A stretch of DNA of 64,000 bases from Lama guanicoe (lineage: Eukaryota). The position numbers and the translations under genes are program-made. Below, in pieces: positions 24,886 to 37,170 of the stretch; the stretch's first letter is position 1, and every line of letters starts with the position of its first letter. The notes below the pieces were generated by a model. The model was not told the origin of the DNA and did no database searches. It saw only the letters and a list, made by a program, of their open reading frames with translations. Where the stretch lies: positions 2,480,001-2,544,000 of the forward strand of contig MU053881.1 of NCBI GenBank assembly GCA_013239625.1. The letters are read 5' to 3'.

Positions 24886-26282
24886 CCTGCACTCTGATGG
24901 GGCAGTGTCCTGGCCAAGGACCAGGGAAGCCACCGCTATGATGTTCCCCCCAAAACCACCCTTCCTTGCTCCCCTCCCCCACCCTCTCTAAAGTGAGGCG
25001 ATGAGGTCTGATGGATGCCATGGCGGCCTTGCTGCTGTCAGCTGACGGATCTAAAAGTCCGCTGTGTAGCTCCTGCGGGGGGAGGAAGGAAAGGCATCTG
25101 GTCAAATCCTTCCCCGTCATCCCTGTGCCTAGCAGGGACCCCCTGAGGGTGACGTGACCCCCATCAGCAGTGACACGGGCAGGGGGTGAATAGGCAGTCT
25201 GGCGTCAAGTGTCAGGGCTGCCTTCCAAGGGTGCAACTTGGTTCAAAGGAGGAGGGCCCCTCAGGAGGTGGTGTGCTGACCCCAAGGCTCCCTCAGTTTT
25301 CTGCAAGGAAGGGCTTCCTTCCAGCAGCCCCTGGCCCTTCTCCCGCCTGGCCCTGTTGCAGCTGAGGGTGGGTGCAGGGCCCTGCTGCCTTTGCTGTCAC
25401 CACCCCAGGAAAGGATGCTGTGCCCTGTGTGGCGCTCCACGAGTTGGTCCCAAGGCTGTTCCTGGACAAGGGGCCTGGAACAGAGAGGGCGCTTGTGGCT
25501 GCCGCTGCCCCGCTCTGTCTGGATGCACAGGTGCCCGTAGCTCATCTCCCTGCTCAGTGGGCACGTGCCTCGTGAGATGCGAGCTTGTGCAGTGAACAGT
25601 TGTTGAGCAGTAGCCACACGCCAGGCTCTAGGCGCAGCGCTGGACAAAGATTATCTTCTCCACGCACAGCTCCAGAGCACCATGTGCTGGAATTGCCCCC
25701 ACCTCCCAGATAAGGAATTCAAGGCCAGAGAGGCCAGCTCGCTGAACGATCTGGAGTCCAGCCTCCTGCCCTCCTCCTCGCCTCCCAGCCCGTTGTGAGT
25801 GAGGACAGGGAGCTGCACGGTGCACGTCTGGCTTCTGCGGAAGGCACGTGCTGGGCCCACATCCAGGTACTGGTTGGAGCAGCGCCGAGGATCCCCTGGG
25901 ACACCTGCTGGTGTGAGCCAGGTGCTTCCATCCCAGGTGGTGAGGAGTCGCTGCCTCCGACTCCCGGAAGCCCCTGGCTCCCCTTTCCTGACCACTCCAG
26001 TCTCCCGGGGCCTCCAGGACCCTCTGGACCTGCTCCATCTTGTGGCTGGCCACAGCTCTGATGGATCAGAGCCTGACCCTTCAGGTTATTAATTATTTTG
26101 ACTGTCACCCTGGGTCTCAGAGAGGATTTGTCACAAATCTGACCTAAAGTCCTCCCTAAGCTACAGAAATGTCTGAACCTGTGGAGATCGCCCACCTGGT
26201 TCAGCGGATGGGAGCCTCAGACCACGGATAGAAATGATCCTCTTTCTAACCCTGTTTCCTTTCCTATGAAAATAACAACAAA

Positions 26283-26363
26283 GAGGCAGAAGGTATAGCT
26301 CAGGGGTAGAGCACATGCTTGGCATGCACAAGGTCCTGGGTTCAATCCCCAGGACCTCCAGTA
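26283..26363 (+). mobile_element. tRNA-Ala-derived SINE (vic-1-like), short form
   Basis: GGTATAGCTCAGGGGTAGAGCACATGCTTGGCATGCACAAGGTCCTGGGTTCAATCCCC; TSD AAAAT(A/G)ACAACA at 26269-26280 and 26364-26375. Confidence 0.9.
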
Positions 26364-27789
26364 AAAATGACAACAGGCAACGCTCCCTGCCTACCTCACC
26401 GAGGGTCCTCGAGCTAACTTAGTTGGGGCGGGGAGGGCTTTGCCCGTGAGCGCTCAGTCTCCCAGGCCTCAAAGTCCTTCTGCCTCCTGCAGGATTGGAC
26501 TTGATTCCCATCCCTCCTCGAACCCTTTCTAATATTTCAAAAGTAGTCGTCCGTTCTGAGCAAGAGCAAAAATCATTAGAATTTTTCATCCAGCACTTGG
26601 TTTCGTCTGCATTTGCCAAATCCCAGCCCTGGGTCTCTGCGGGTCATTATTTCTGTTTTTCCTTTGCCGCTGATGAGCCGTCTTCTAAATCCAGCTGCTT
26701 GTGCTCCAGGGAAGCCTGGGCCTCCCGGCCAGTGCTCCAACTGGCCTCCTCTGCCTCACCAGTGGCGGGAGAGGGGAACTGAGATTCCAGATGGCTTAGG
26801 GAGCCCCGGCAGGATGGAGGAGATGGAGGGAGAGGCGAGGAAGAGGCTCGGGGGAGAGGGAGCGCTGAGCGCTGAGGTAAACAAATTCAAGGCCAATTAC
26901 CCGTGGCAACCTTGCCCCCCAAGGAGGAGAGATGGCTGGAAAAATAAGAAAATATTATCAACCCAGCCACAGGATGGTGGAAGCTGGTGCCCAGCTGGGA
27001 ACTTGCTGCCACCCCTCCCCCAACTCTGGGTGGAGGGGTGGGGCAGGGGCAAGAGAAATTTCCAGAATCAAACAGGACAGGGATGCTGGCAGAACAAGTC
27101 CCCCCCAAAAAACCAGATAGGAGAGAGGAGTCTGTGGTCAGGAAAGAGGTGAGACAAAGCATGGAGGCAGAAGCCTCGGGCCAAGATGCTGTCCACCCCT
27201 CGCCAGCCACCTGTGCCCCCGCCTGCAGGGCCTGCTGGGTAATGAGGGCCCGGTCTGTTCCAGACGCAGGGCGCTCCCTACCCGTGAGAACATCTTTTTG
27301 TCCTTGAGCGAGTAGTGATAGATAGAGAAAGTGGCTCCGAGTAGGGAGGTAAGTAGCCAAGGGTCACCTGGAGAATTAATGTCATAATTGAGAATAACAA
27401 GCAGGCCCCCTATTTACTAGATAAAATAGCGCCGGGGGATGTGCTGAGAGAGACAGGAAAATAGAATTTGAAATCATTTGTTATTTCTCTGCAAATGTAG
27501 TTGATGTTGCATTTTTTCCCCTCCTCTCCCCCCGGAGAGGCTGAAGCTGCCACTGCCTTCTTCCTGTCCACACACGGATGCTGAGACGCGGCTCCCCTGG
27601 ATTTGGTACCCACTCCCCACCTCTGCCAGGGCAGTTTCTCGGAGCCGGATCCAGGGACCGGCAGAGAATCACCAGGGGTGGGGCCAGCACAGCCACCCAG
27701 ACCCCTCCAGGGACAGCGCAGAAGGCCAGAAGTGCATCTGGGAGCCGGGACCCACGCTAGCACTCCCTGTAAGAGAGCCCAGGCGCTCA

Positions 27790-27965
27790 TGAGACGGCGG
27801 ACGGGGTGGTGAGTTCAAATCCCAGCTCTACTCACACTGGAGTTCAAATCCCAGCTCTGCTCACACTAGGACCCTAGGGCCTTAATTTTCCCTCTCTGTG
27901 GAATGAGGCTACCCTCGGAAGGCTTTTATGAACATCAGATGCAACCAATACGTCCAAGCGCCTTG
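27790..27965 (+). mobile_element. MIR SINE with internal 29-bp tandem duplication
   Basis: GAGTTCAAATCCCAGCTCT twice, then CTTAATTTTCCCTCTCTGTGGAATGAGG. Confidence 0.75.
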
Positions 27966-28714
27966 GATGCGGTACGTGTGGCTGGACGGCCGGGCTGCCA
28001 GAGACATCGTTATCACATGCGACAGTTAACCTGCAAGGGTTTTTAGGGCAACTTACGTGAGAATATTCAAGAGCTATGAAATTAATTGGAGGGTGTTAAC
28101 TGTAGAAATAAAGTAACAGAAGAAAATTACTTCTAAAGAATTAGAACAAAGCAATTAGCTAGAAAGAAAATGATATACAGGAGGAGTGAGAAACATGCAA
28201 ATAGCTGTAGCCTTGAGACCCAGCAAAGCACAGCCCATCAGTCCAGACAGCGGAGCCTCAGAGGCTTCGGGAACCGTGTGAGGCCGTGAGGAAGTGAGAA
28301 ACTGAGGCCACACAGGTAAGACCGGATTCACAAACAGCGGGGCAGACCGAAGGTTTTAAGTGACAATTAGATCTGATTCTAGTCTTCTGCATTCACTGGT
28401 TATGTCACTGAAGGGGGTTGGAAGCAATGAACTCTAAGAGCCTTTCCAGGTCCCAAATCTAGGAGTCTTAAGTGCTCGGGAATATCAAGGGGACTGGGGA
28501 GGGAGGGGAGGGCAGTTTGGACCAGGAAATGTTGGAAAGGATTTGGAATAAAAAAGAACAAAGCTAGAATCCCCCTCTGGATGTGCAAGCTTGGGCAAAT
28601 TCTTCTACCTCAGTGTTCTCATAAGTCAAACGGGAAGAATTTCTGCAGAGACTCGAGAAGGGTAAGTTGGATAAAGCACGTGAACACAGGCTGAGCTGTC
28701 AGTACGAACTAGCG

Positions 28715-29105
28715 TCCTACCTGCTTCCTGGTGAGGCTGGCCCTGCTCCGGGCCCCCTATCCTCTGTGAGGCTTGGATAGGATTGACATCCCCCCCCACC
28801 CACACACACCTCCTTTGGCCCCTTGGGGTGGACCGAGACGGTCAGCACTTCCAGTCCTCCTAGCCACAGTGACTGGCTTGGGGAATGGGCACGTGACCTA
28901 AGCCAGACCTGTCAGAAAGAATCTAAGGACTTTCACAAGGAATGCTTGGCCACAGACATGCTCTTCCTCTTGTGTTAAACAGGAAGCCTGTGGCCTCAGG
29001 AACTACTAAATAGTCTCACAGAGAGTCCTGGATCCAGCCATACCTGAAGATAGTTGCCACATGAGCCAATACATTCCCTTGCCTGCTGAAGCTAGCTTGG
29101 GACCT
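28715..29105 (+). mobile_element. MLT1 solo LTR (old subfamily)
   Basis: GGGCACGTGACCTAAGCCAG...CCTGGATCCAGCCATACCTGAAG...CATGAGCCAATACATTCCC. Confidence 0.75.
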
Positions 29106-30224
29106 AGCTTATTCTCAGTCACTACTCAGTAAAGCCTCTTCCATCCCACCAAATCACCAGCTCATTTAAAATTGAGAGTGCCTTCTCATAAGGGCCCCTG
29201 CCTGGCTCCAGGGCGGGAATTTTCCCCTCCAACATGCTCCATTGTCCCAGGCCCTGGGTTTTCAGACGTGGCCACTGCTGCCTGGCACCGCTGCTCCTCC
29301 CACTCAGGCGCTCCACACATTCACTTTGCTCTTAAGCACTGCCAGGACCCAGCCTCCTCTCGGCTCTGGGCCCCGGTGCAACCAGGCTAAGAGCTGCGTT
29401 AAATAAAGACTGCAGCCCTGAAACTGCTCAAATGGATCTACATCAACCAGGACAGCGAGGGACGCCTTAGGTAGATGACCACCGAGAGCCGGCCAGGGCA
29501 GGCGGGGTGTGCCTCCCGCAACGCTCTCCCCTTGCTCCCACGCTCCTCCTCTGTCCTCTTGGAGGGGGCTTCACCCCACACCCTGTCATAAATTAATTCA
29601 CACCGTAGTGGCTTAATGTGGTATTCCTCTAGATTTAAGAGACGAACAGGACACAGGAGTGGGCAGTGTTTAACCTAAGTGATGGGTTTGGTGATGATGG
29701 CGTGGTAGGCATCTGACAGCCACAACGGAGCCAGGAGCCATGAGACATACGACTCGGGGAAGGGGAACTTCTCCACCCACCCCCTGCACTACCCAGCCCC
29801 CACCGTCCTCATCATTTCCTTCTCTGACCACGAACCCTACTTCCTTTCCTTTCTCTTGGGAGGCTGTACCTCGGAGTCCATTCCGTGCAGAGTCCAGTTC
29901 GGGTTTGTGCGCTCCCTCCTCAGGAAGGACAGGAATGGGAAGGGGGAAGCCAGGGAATCGTGGGGGAAGGCAGCTTTGGTGCTGGGAATGAGGTTTCCTG
30001 CTTGGCCAGGGGTGGGATTCATCCTTGGCTGCAGGACTTCAAAGGAGAACCTCCAGGGGGACTGGTTCCCAGAAAGTTGGGGCTTTCCTAGGGCAAGGTT
30101 GCTACAGACTCCTCTGCTTAGCCAAGTGCCCCCCCATCACCTCCACCTAGGGATCCAGGCTCCATGCCCCATGGGCACTCAGGGCTTTGTGTACCATCTT
30201 TGCCAAGTGCCAGTCACTCCCTGA

Positions 30225-30700
30225 TGGTCTCAGGTGCATTCTCTCTTTTAATCCTCAAAGCTAGCTTACGAGGTAGGTACAATTTTGATGTCCACTTTAC
30301 AGATGGGGAAAGTGAGGGCCAGAGAGGTCAAGTAGCCTGACCAAGGTCACACAGCCAGAGAGACACACACAGCCAGGATTCAAACCCAGAGAGGCTGGCT
30401 GCCAAGCCCAAAGCCTTGAACCCTACACTACATGTCTTTCTTGTTAAACCCTGTATTTATACCCTGCTGCATCCATTGGGTACTGTTTCTTGCCTCCTAT
30501 ACGCCAGGCATGAGTCAGAAAGATTTTTATTTTGTTTTCTTTTCATAACCATCCCACAAGTTGGGCCGATGAGCCCCATTTCACAGCTGAGGACACAGAG
30601 AGTGAGAAGGGACATCACTGACCTCCGATCGCTCGTGAATGACAGTGTTGGGATTTGAACTTGGGGCCATCTGATTCCAGCATACATGCTCTCTGCCATT
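30225..30700 (-). mobile_element. Two adjacent MIR SINEs (~30225-30425 and ~30480-30700)
   Basis: CACTTTACAGATGGGGAAAGTGAGG...GGATTCAAACCCAG; CCCATTTCACAGCTGAGGACACAGAG...GGGATTTGAAC. Confidence 0.8.
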
Positions 30701-30741
30701 TAAGGGCCCAAGAACTGCTGGGTTGTGTCAGCTGACAGAAA

Positions 30742-31145
30742 CCTTTTTATTCTGGAATTATTACAGATTCACAGGAAGTTGCAAAAATAGCACAGAGAGG
30801 GCTCATGTGCCAGTCCCTTGTTTTTCCCCAGTGGTTACATCCTACCTAACCCCAGTACGACACCGAGACCAGGAAACTGGCACCAGTACGATATGTGCAT
30901 GTATCTCTGCCTTCTTATCACCTGCGGAGATCTGAGAAATCACCACAGCAATCAAGATGCACAACTGTTCCATTACCGCAAAGATGTCCCTCGTGCTACC
31001 CTTCTCTGTCACATCCACCCCCAGCATCCCTAACCCCCAGCAACCGCGAATTTGTTTGCCATTGCTATGACTGCCACATCGAGAAAGTTATGTAAATGGA
31101 ATCATATGATATGTTAACTCTTAAGAATGGCTTTTTTCACTCACA
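30742..31145 (-). mobile_element. L1MC-type 3' end
   Basis: TTACAGATTCACAGGAAGTTGCAAAAATAGCACAGAGAGG...GTAAATGGAATCATA. Confidence 0.82.
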
Positions 31146-31224
31146 AAGGACTTATTTTAAAGGAAGTATTTATTGAGTACCTACTGCGTATAAGAAAGGT
31201 GTTAGCCCCTTTCAGGAATGTATC

Positions 31225-31740
31225 ACATAAGACTATTTTGCTTGCAAGTGACAGAACCCACCTCAAACTATACTGTAAAAGGGAATGAACTGGTATCAGT
31301 AATGGAAAAGTCCAGAGGTGGAGCTGGCTTCAGGTGCAGCTGGATCTAGCAGTTTGTTAGGACTGCTTTTACTCTCCCTGTTTTGGCTCTGCTCTCCTCT
31401 GTGTTGTTTTCCCTCGCAGGCTGGCTCTTACCACCTGGCAACTGCCAGGAGCTCAGGTCCCACATCTGGCTCCATCACAGACCCAGGAGAAGAAAGAACC
31501 ATTCTTTTCCTTTGAAAATTTTCAGCAAATATTCTGGCCCTGATTGGTCCAGCTTGGTGCCCACATGACCCTGAACCAATCACTGATGTGAGGAGGCGGA
31601 GGGAGTTTGCAGTGCTCTGATTGGGTAGTTCTTGGTCATGTTGCCTCTCCTAGAGTCAAGCCTCTTATCAGCCCCGACCAGATCTCAAGAATTGTGGACA
31701 GGGGCTTGAGGAAAATTTGGGGTGCTGTTGCTGGAGTAAG
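31225..31740 (-). mobile_element. MLT1 solo LTR
   Basis: TTGCAAGTGACAGAACCCACCTCAAACT...GCTTCAGGTGCAGCTGGATC...TGATTGG. Confidence 0.8.
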
Positions 31741-32749
31741 GGGGGACAGGCGCCGAGTCTATGGGATATGACACTACCCCAGCTCAACTTACTCGTTTTT
31801 CCAAAAATATAAAGAAAGTCAGACTTGGAAAGACCTGTTCAACTTCAGAGCTCTGGGTCCTGGGAACTGCCCTGCTGGGGTTTGAATCCCTCACTTTCAG
31901 GCTCAAAGCAAAATGGAAAGGCTCTGGCACCGAGCATTGCTGGGCTTACCTGGGCATTTTAGTTTTTGCCAGGCCTAGCTGTGGCCTTGGGGCAGGGCCC
32001 ACCTCTGGGACTCAGCAAATGTGCCATGTGACCCTCCAGGGCCGCGGGGAGCCCCAAGGGGAGGCTGGCCCTGAAATGGGTGCCCCTATCCTCAGTGCAC
32101 AGGCTGGCACAGAACTGCTCACAGTCTTGTCCCCACGCGCGTGCAGACCCTGGCACCCGCTGCACGCGTGGGCTGCCACGTGGCGCAGGGAGAGCCAGGA
32201 AGAGACGGCCGCCGTCCCACAGCGAGGACAGGCAGATGGAGCAAGTGACTCAGCACGGAGGCCAGATGCGGCCAGATGAGAAGAATAAACACGCAGGCCG
32301 GAGGCCAAATCTGCCACGGCCCCCCTCAGAGCCAGGCAGGGATAACGGGGACCCTGGGCAGTGACAGACAGACGGGGATGGGGACATGGGAGATGGATGG
32401 CCCCATCAGGCTCAGCAGAGTGAGGAAAGCCAGACAGATGGTCTCGTTAAAGAAACCAGCCTGCATGAGGGAACAGGGCTCTGCGCTGGCGTGGGGGCAC
32501 CCAAGGCTGCTCCTTTCGGACGGGGGCAGCTCCAGGCCTGGGTCATTCCAGTGGGGCTTGGGTCCTGCGCTCATTTTGTCTAAGGTGGCCGCCAGGTATG
32601 GGCAGATCTTTCCTCTGGGTCTTTCTCAGGTGTGTCCACTGCTGGGACCACAACAGGTGGGCTGTGAAGCCCTTGACTTGGTGTCCCATTCCAGGAACAC
32701 CACCTCTACTCAACTCCTGATCGCGGCCAACACTATTTACTGAGCACCT

Positions 32750-33120
32750 GCCACCCAGACACCATACAGGGCAATCTAGGAGCATCACCTCTATGTTGCC
32801 TTTACAGTCCCCTCCACTCAGAGCCCTCTCCCCCAGGGTTCCCACACACTGACTCTTCCTCAGCAGTCACCTCCTCCCAGAGGCCCTCCCTGACCAGCCC
32901 ATCTGAAGTGGCTGCATGGCTCTCTCGCCCAGAACACCGTTTTAGTTTTGTCATAGCCTCATCACTGTCTGACTACATCCATCCATTTAGGTCCTGGCTA
33001 GTCCCCTGATAAAACAGGAGATCCTCCAGGACAAGGGCCAAGTCTGTCTTGTTCTTGGCTGTAACCCAGGTCCTAGAACAGTGCCTGGCACATAATAGCT
33101 GCTTGATCAATGTGTGTGGA
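32750..33120 (+). mobile_element. LINE-2 3' end
   Basis: CCTAGAACAGTGCCTGGCACATAATAGCTGCTTGATCAATG. Confidence 0.8.
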
Positions 33121-33996
33121 CTAAATCTTCCCAGCCCAGAGAGGGCTCCATCCTCCTCCCCCGCCCCCGCTCCCTTTGTCTCCTTAGCGCTCCCCACTGC
33201 CTCCCATTGCACGTGTTTGTCTTCTTCATTCTCTGTCTCCCCTGCTAGAATTGAATCTTCATCAGAGAAACAATTTTTGTCTGTATCCCCAGTGCCTTGC
33301 TGTTTCAATGAACGGTCCTGAGGAAGCTGAGAGTGGGAGGGAGGAACCTCCCCACAGTCTCATAGAAGGTGAGGACCAGAGCAGAGCCAGAACCAGACTG
33401 ACCCCAAGTCCTGCTGCTCCGCTGTGCCACGCCCCATCTCAGGCACTTTCCCCATCCCTGCTCCTCCTGGCTGCTGGGGAGAGGCTCCCAGGCCCTGAGC
33501 TAACCGCAGTGGCCGCAGTGGTGGACTGAGCTCCCGCTATTCAGTGGGAGCTGAACAGTGGCCACCAAAGATCGCTATGTCCTTATCCTGCAACCCGTGA
33601 AAATACAATCTTCCTCGGCAAGAGGGATTTTGCAGGTGTGATTAAATTGTGGACCTTGAGATGGAAAGGCTGTCCTGGATTATCCACCGGGTGGACCTTA
33701 AATGCAATCACAAGTGTCCTTGTAAGAAAGAGGCAGAGGGAGATTAGACACAGAAGTGGAAGATATAACAACAGAAGTAAGACGGTGGAGCAGTGGGAGG
33801 AAGGGGTCACAGGCCAAGGAGTGCAGGCAGTCCCCAGAAGCTGGAAGGGGCAAGGGGACGGGTTCTCCCCCAGAGCCTCCAGAAGGAGTCAGCCTTGCCC
33901 ACTCCTTAACTTTAGCCCAGTGAGACTGATTTCAGACTTCTGGCCTCCAGAACTGTGAGAGAATTATATTTGTGTTGTTTTAAAAGTCACCAAGAT

Positions 33997-34254
33997 GAGG
34001 GATAAATTCGGAGTTTGAGATTTGCAAAGATTACCTACTATATATAAAATAAACAACAAGTTTCTTCTGGACAGCACAGGGACTATACTCAATAGCTTGT
34101 AGTAACCTAAAAAGAAAAAGAATATGAAAATGAGTCTATGTACGTATATGCATGACTGAAACATGATGCTGCACACCAGAAATGGACACATTGTGAACTG
34201 ACTATACTTCAATAAAAATAAAAAATTCTTTAAAAATTAAACAAAAAATTTTTT
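33997..34254 (+). mobile_element. Young cetartiodactyl/camelid-type L1 3' end
   Basis: Same family as 7141-7390; exact 14-bp TSD AAAGTCACCAAGAT at 33983-33996 and 34255-34268. Confidence 0.9.
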
Positions 34255-34268
34255 AAAGTCACCAAGAT

Positions 34269-34426
34269 AGAAAGTTTCAGCTTTGCAAGATGAAACACGT
34301 CTGGAGAGCTGCTTCACAACTGTGTGGATATACTTTTCACAGCTGAACTATACTTTCATAAATGGTGACGTTGATAAATTTCAGTTTATGTGGTTTTTAC
34401 TCCAATTTAAAAAAAAAAGAAGAAGA
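34269..34426 (+). mobile_element. L1MB-like 3' tail
   Basis: AGTTTCAGCTTTGCAAGATGAAA...CTGAACTATAC...poly(A). Confidence 0.8.
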
Positions 34427-35225
34427 AAGTCACTCAGTTTGTGGTCATGTGTGACAGCAGCTGCATGAAACGAATTCAGCCAGCCTGCAGCTGACCAGCC
34501 TGTGTGTGTCCCAGGAAGGCCAATGAGAGCCAGGTCCCTGGGACGGCCCCCTGCAGTGGCAGGGAGGAAACGTGTGAGCCAGCTCTGTGCCCTTGCCTGG
34601 CTTGACAGAAAGGGAATCTACTGGTGTGTCTCGAGCCCTTCCTGCTGGCTGAGTGCTGTACACACACCTCACTTCCTCCCGTTGACATCCCTGCAAAGCG
34701 CTTTGTGTGATGATCCCCAGCTTCTCCGCCAGGAAGCAGAGGCTCAGAGACGTGAGATGACTTGCCCAAGGTCACACGCCCAGGAGCACAGCTTAATCAC
34801 CATTTCCTGCCTCACTCTGGGCTGATTCAGCCAGTGTCTCATCACTGCTGTCATCGGCGTTCAAATGTCCCAATGTTGCTTTCCAGCAGCTTTTCAAAGA
34901 GCCCCGGTAATGCTTTCTTTCTCTCTATTTGTAACCAGGCATTCTCTTCCAGTTAATCATAGACCAGAGAGTCTCATTCTGTCCCAGTCCACCCACAAGG
35001 ATAGGAGATTGCCTAGGACAGTGCAAAAAAAAAAAAAAAAGAGTCAGCTTATGTCCCATGTACAGTTCCCTGAGACCCCACAGAGAAGCCTGAGAGTATG
35101 GGTTGCAAACCAGTGGCCAGGAGGCCATGCCAAAAAAAAATTTATTTTTAATTGATGCCCAGCATTTAACATCAGAAGAGTTCTCTTCAAAATCAGAAGT
35201 CAGGATGACATGAGCTCTACTTCTG

Positions 35226-35600
35226 TGTAGTCAGGACAGGCTAGGCTCTGCTGCAGTAACAAACAGCTCCAAGTCTCGGGGAGACCACACAGATGTCTAC
35301 TTCTTTTTCACGTGGCATGTCCAATGAAAGATTCTGGGGTGGGGCTCTGCTCCATGAAATCATTTAGGGACCCAAGCTTATGGAGGCAGCACCATCATCT
35401 AGCAGCATCTGAGACCCATGGCCTGTCAGTTGCTGCTTCGGGGCAGAAGAGACAGGAGAAGGACACATGGATGCTGCATGTTACACATATCTGACTTCTG
35501 TTCACTTGTCATTGACTGGATGAAGCCATGTGACCCACCCACATTCCAAGGAGGAAGTGCGGTCTTCCGTGAATACTAGGTTCACTAGTTCTGATACTGG
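35226..35600 (-). mobile_element. MLT1 solo LTR
   Basis: TAGTCAGGACAGGCTAGGCTCTGCTGCAGTAACAAACAGCTCC. Confidence 0.75.
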
Positions 35601-35668
35601 TGAACACTGGTCTACCGCACCTTCTCATTTGGCAGCAATTCACTGGAGCTGAGTGAGCATGCCCTTCT

Positions 35669-35800
35669 CAGGGCAACCGTGGACAGGAGTTCAGAAAGTG
35701 CACTGCACAGCTCCAGGAGGCACCATTCATGTAGTAGTTTCTGGGGTCCGTGCTCCCTGCAGATGTGCAGTGCACAGCAGGACAGTCTGTAGCAGCCCTT
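35669..35800. mobile_element. MER91A-like palindromic hAT MITE
   Basis: CAGGGC...GCCCT ends; perfect inverted 12-mer GTGCACTGCACA (35698-35709) / TGTGCAGTGCAC (35764-35775). Confidence 0.8.
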
Positions 35801-36099
35801 CCCTCTCTAGAAAGGCACGTGGGCTCCAGCTTGCACCAGTGCCAGGCCAGCCTCTTTACTGAAGTCCCTATAGCATCCTGATTGCATGTCCTGGCTTAGA
35901 GTCAATAAGTGGATACAAATTAAGTGCAAATTCCACATCAATAGTAGCTTCCTATAGGACAGCATCTAAACTCCTTTGCAGAGTATTCATAGAATTTACA
36001 AATGGGCCTCAGCTTCACCTACTCCAGCATCCCTCCTCCCCTGCCCCACCCCTCTCCCAGACCTCTCCCCCAGCTGCCACGTGTCCCAATGTTCTTGTC

Positions 36100-36270
36100 A
36101 ATAATTCTTGAGGTGAGTTAAATGGGCCTCTGGACCCTCAGGGTGCTCCATGAAGCAAATGGGGCATGCTATATCCTGTCCTGGAGAGCCACAGTGGACA
36201 TTGTGTATTAAAGGCTCTGATAAGTCCTGTGTGTCCACGTTTACTTTGTTTAATCCAGTGTTGCCAATCT
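36100..36270. mobile_element. hAT-Charlie fragment (MER117/MER112-like)
   Basis: TATTAAAGGCTCTGATAAGTCCTG...ACTTTGTTTAATCCAGTGTTGCCAA. Confidence 0.6.
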
Positions 36271-36814
36271 GTGCCCTCTTCTCACTCGAACTCATGATGT
36301 CTCAGGAGGAGGACTATTTGCCCAACACTCTGCCTGTGTATTTGTGTCTGCATTATTCTCTGTTCCTCACATTTCTTTCCTCAGGTTGGCTTAGCAGCTC
36401 CTATGCATCCTGCAATGCCCTTTCTGAAGATGCCCTTTATGGTCTGCGAATAGTTAGTTCTGTGTTGGGATCCCCCAAGACTGGGGCTTCTGTAGGGCAG
36501 AGCTCTGATCCCCAGGGCCATAGACTGAGCTGCCTCCTCTCTGTGGCTCACAGTGGCCTCCACATTCCCGTCCCTGAAAGGGGTATATTTCTCACTCCTG
36601 GCATTTCCCACAGCTCAGTCTTTCCCTTTCCTCAGGGTGGACAGAAGCCCTGGCCTCAACCACCCCACAGGCATGCTCATCCTTGGAGGCTCTCAGAGGG
36701 CAGGAAGGAAAGTCTCAACTAAGCACTATTTTTTGAGTCCTTGTATATTAAAAATGCAAGAAATGCCCCCAAAGTGTTACGGAAACTGGGATCACTTAAA
36801 TATTTACATTTAAC

Positions 36815-37170
36815 CATTTATTCATTCATCCAGTGCATGTTTGTTGAGCTCCTACTATGTGTCAAGCTGCAAAGACTTCAGGGAACAAAACTGAAAGTTC
36901 TCTTTCCAGAGCTATTACATTCAAGGTGCAGTAGAGAAAAAGGCATATAAAGAGTCAGGTAGTGATAAGGCCCTGGTGGTAGGGAATATGGGAAGGAGGG
37001 CATCCCCTTTACTGATTCGAGAAGGCCTCTTTGATCAGGTGACTCTGGAGCAGAGATCCAAGGAAGAGAGGGAGCGAGGTACGTGGAGATCTGTGGAGAG
37101 AAACTCCCAGATAAAGAGAACAGTGAAGGCAGAGGCCCTGGAGCAGTGGGATGCCTGCAAGCGGGTGGTG
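36815..37170 (-). mobile_element. LINE-2
   Basis: ATTCATTCATCCAGTGCATGTTTGTTGAGCTCCTACTATGTGTCAAG. Confidence 0.8.

Larger units (their letters stand above)
33541..34478 (+). mobile_element. MLT1C/D-like solo LTR interrupted near its 3' end by two L1 tails
   Basis: GGGATTTTGCAGGTGTGATTAA...GACTTCTGGCCTCCAGAACTGTGAGAGAAT; resumes AGTTTGTGGTCATGTGTGACAGCAGC at ~34436. Confidence 0.88.
35098..35865 (+). mobile_element. MER102-like hAT-Charlie element split by an MLT1 LTR and a MER91
   Basis: GGGTTGCAAACCAGTGGCC start; TGGCAGCAATTCACTGGAGCTGAGT and GGCACGTGGGCTCCAGCTTGCAC continuation. Confidence 0.65.

Noticed and set aside
24365..25120. 251-aa minus-strand ORF
   Set aside because: Runs through MIR and MER5 repeats; no protein similarity recognised
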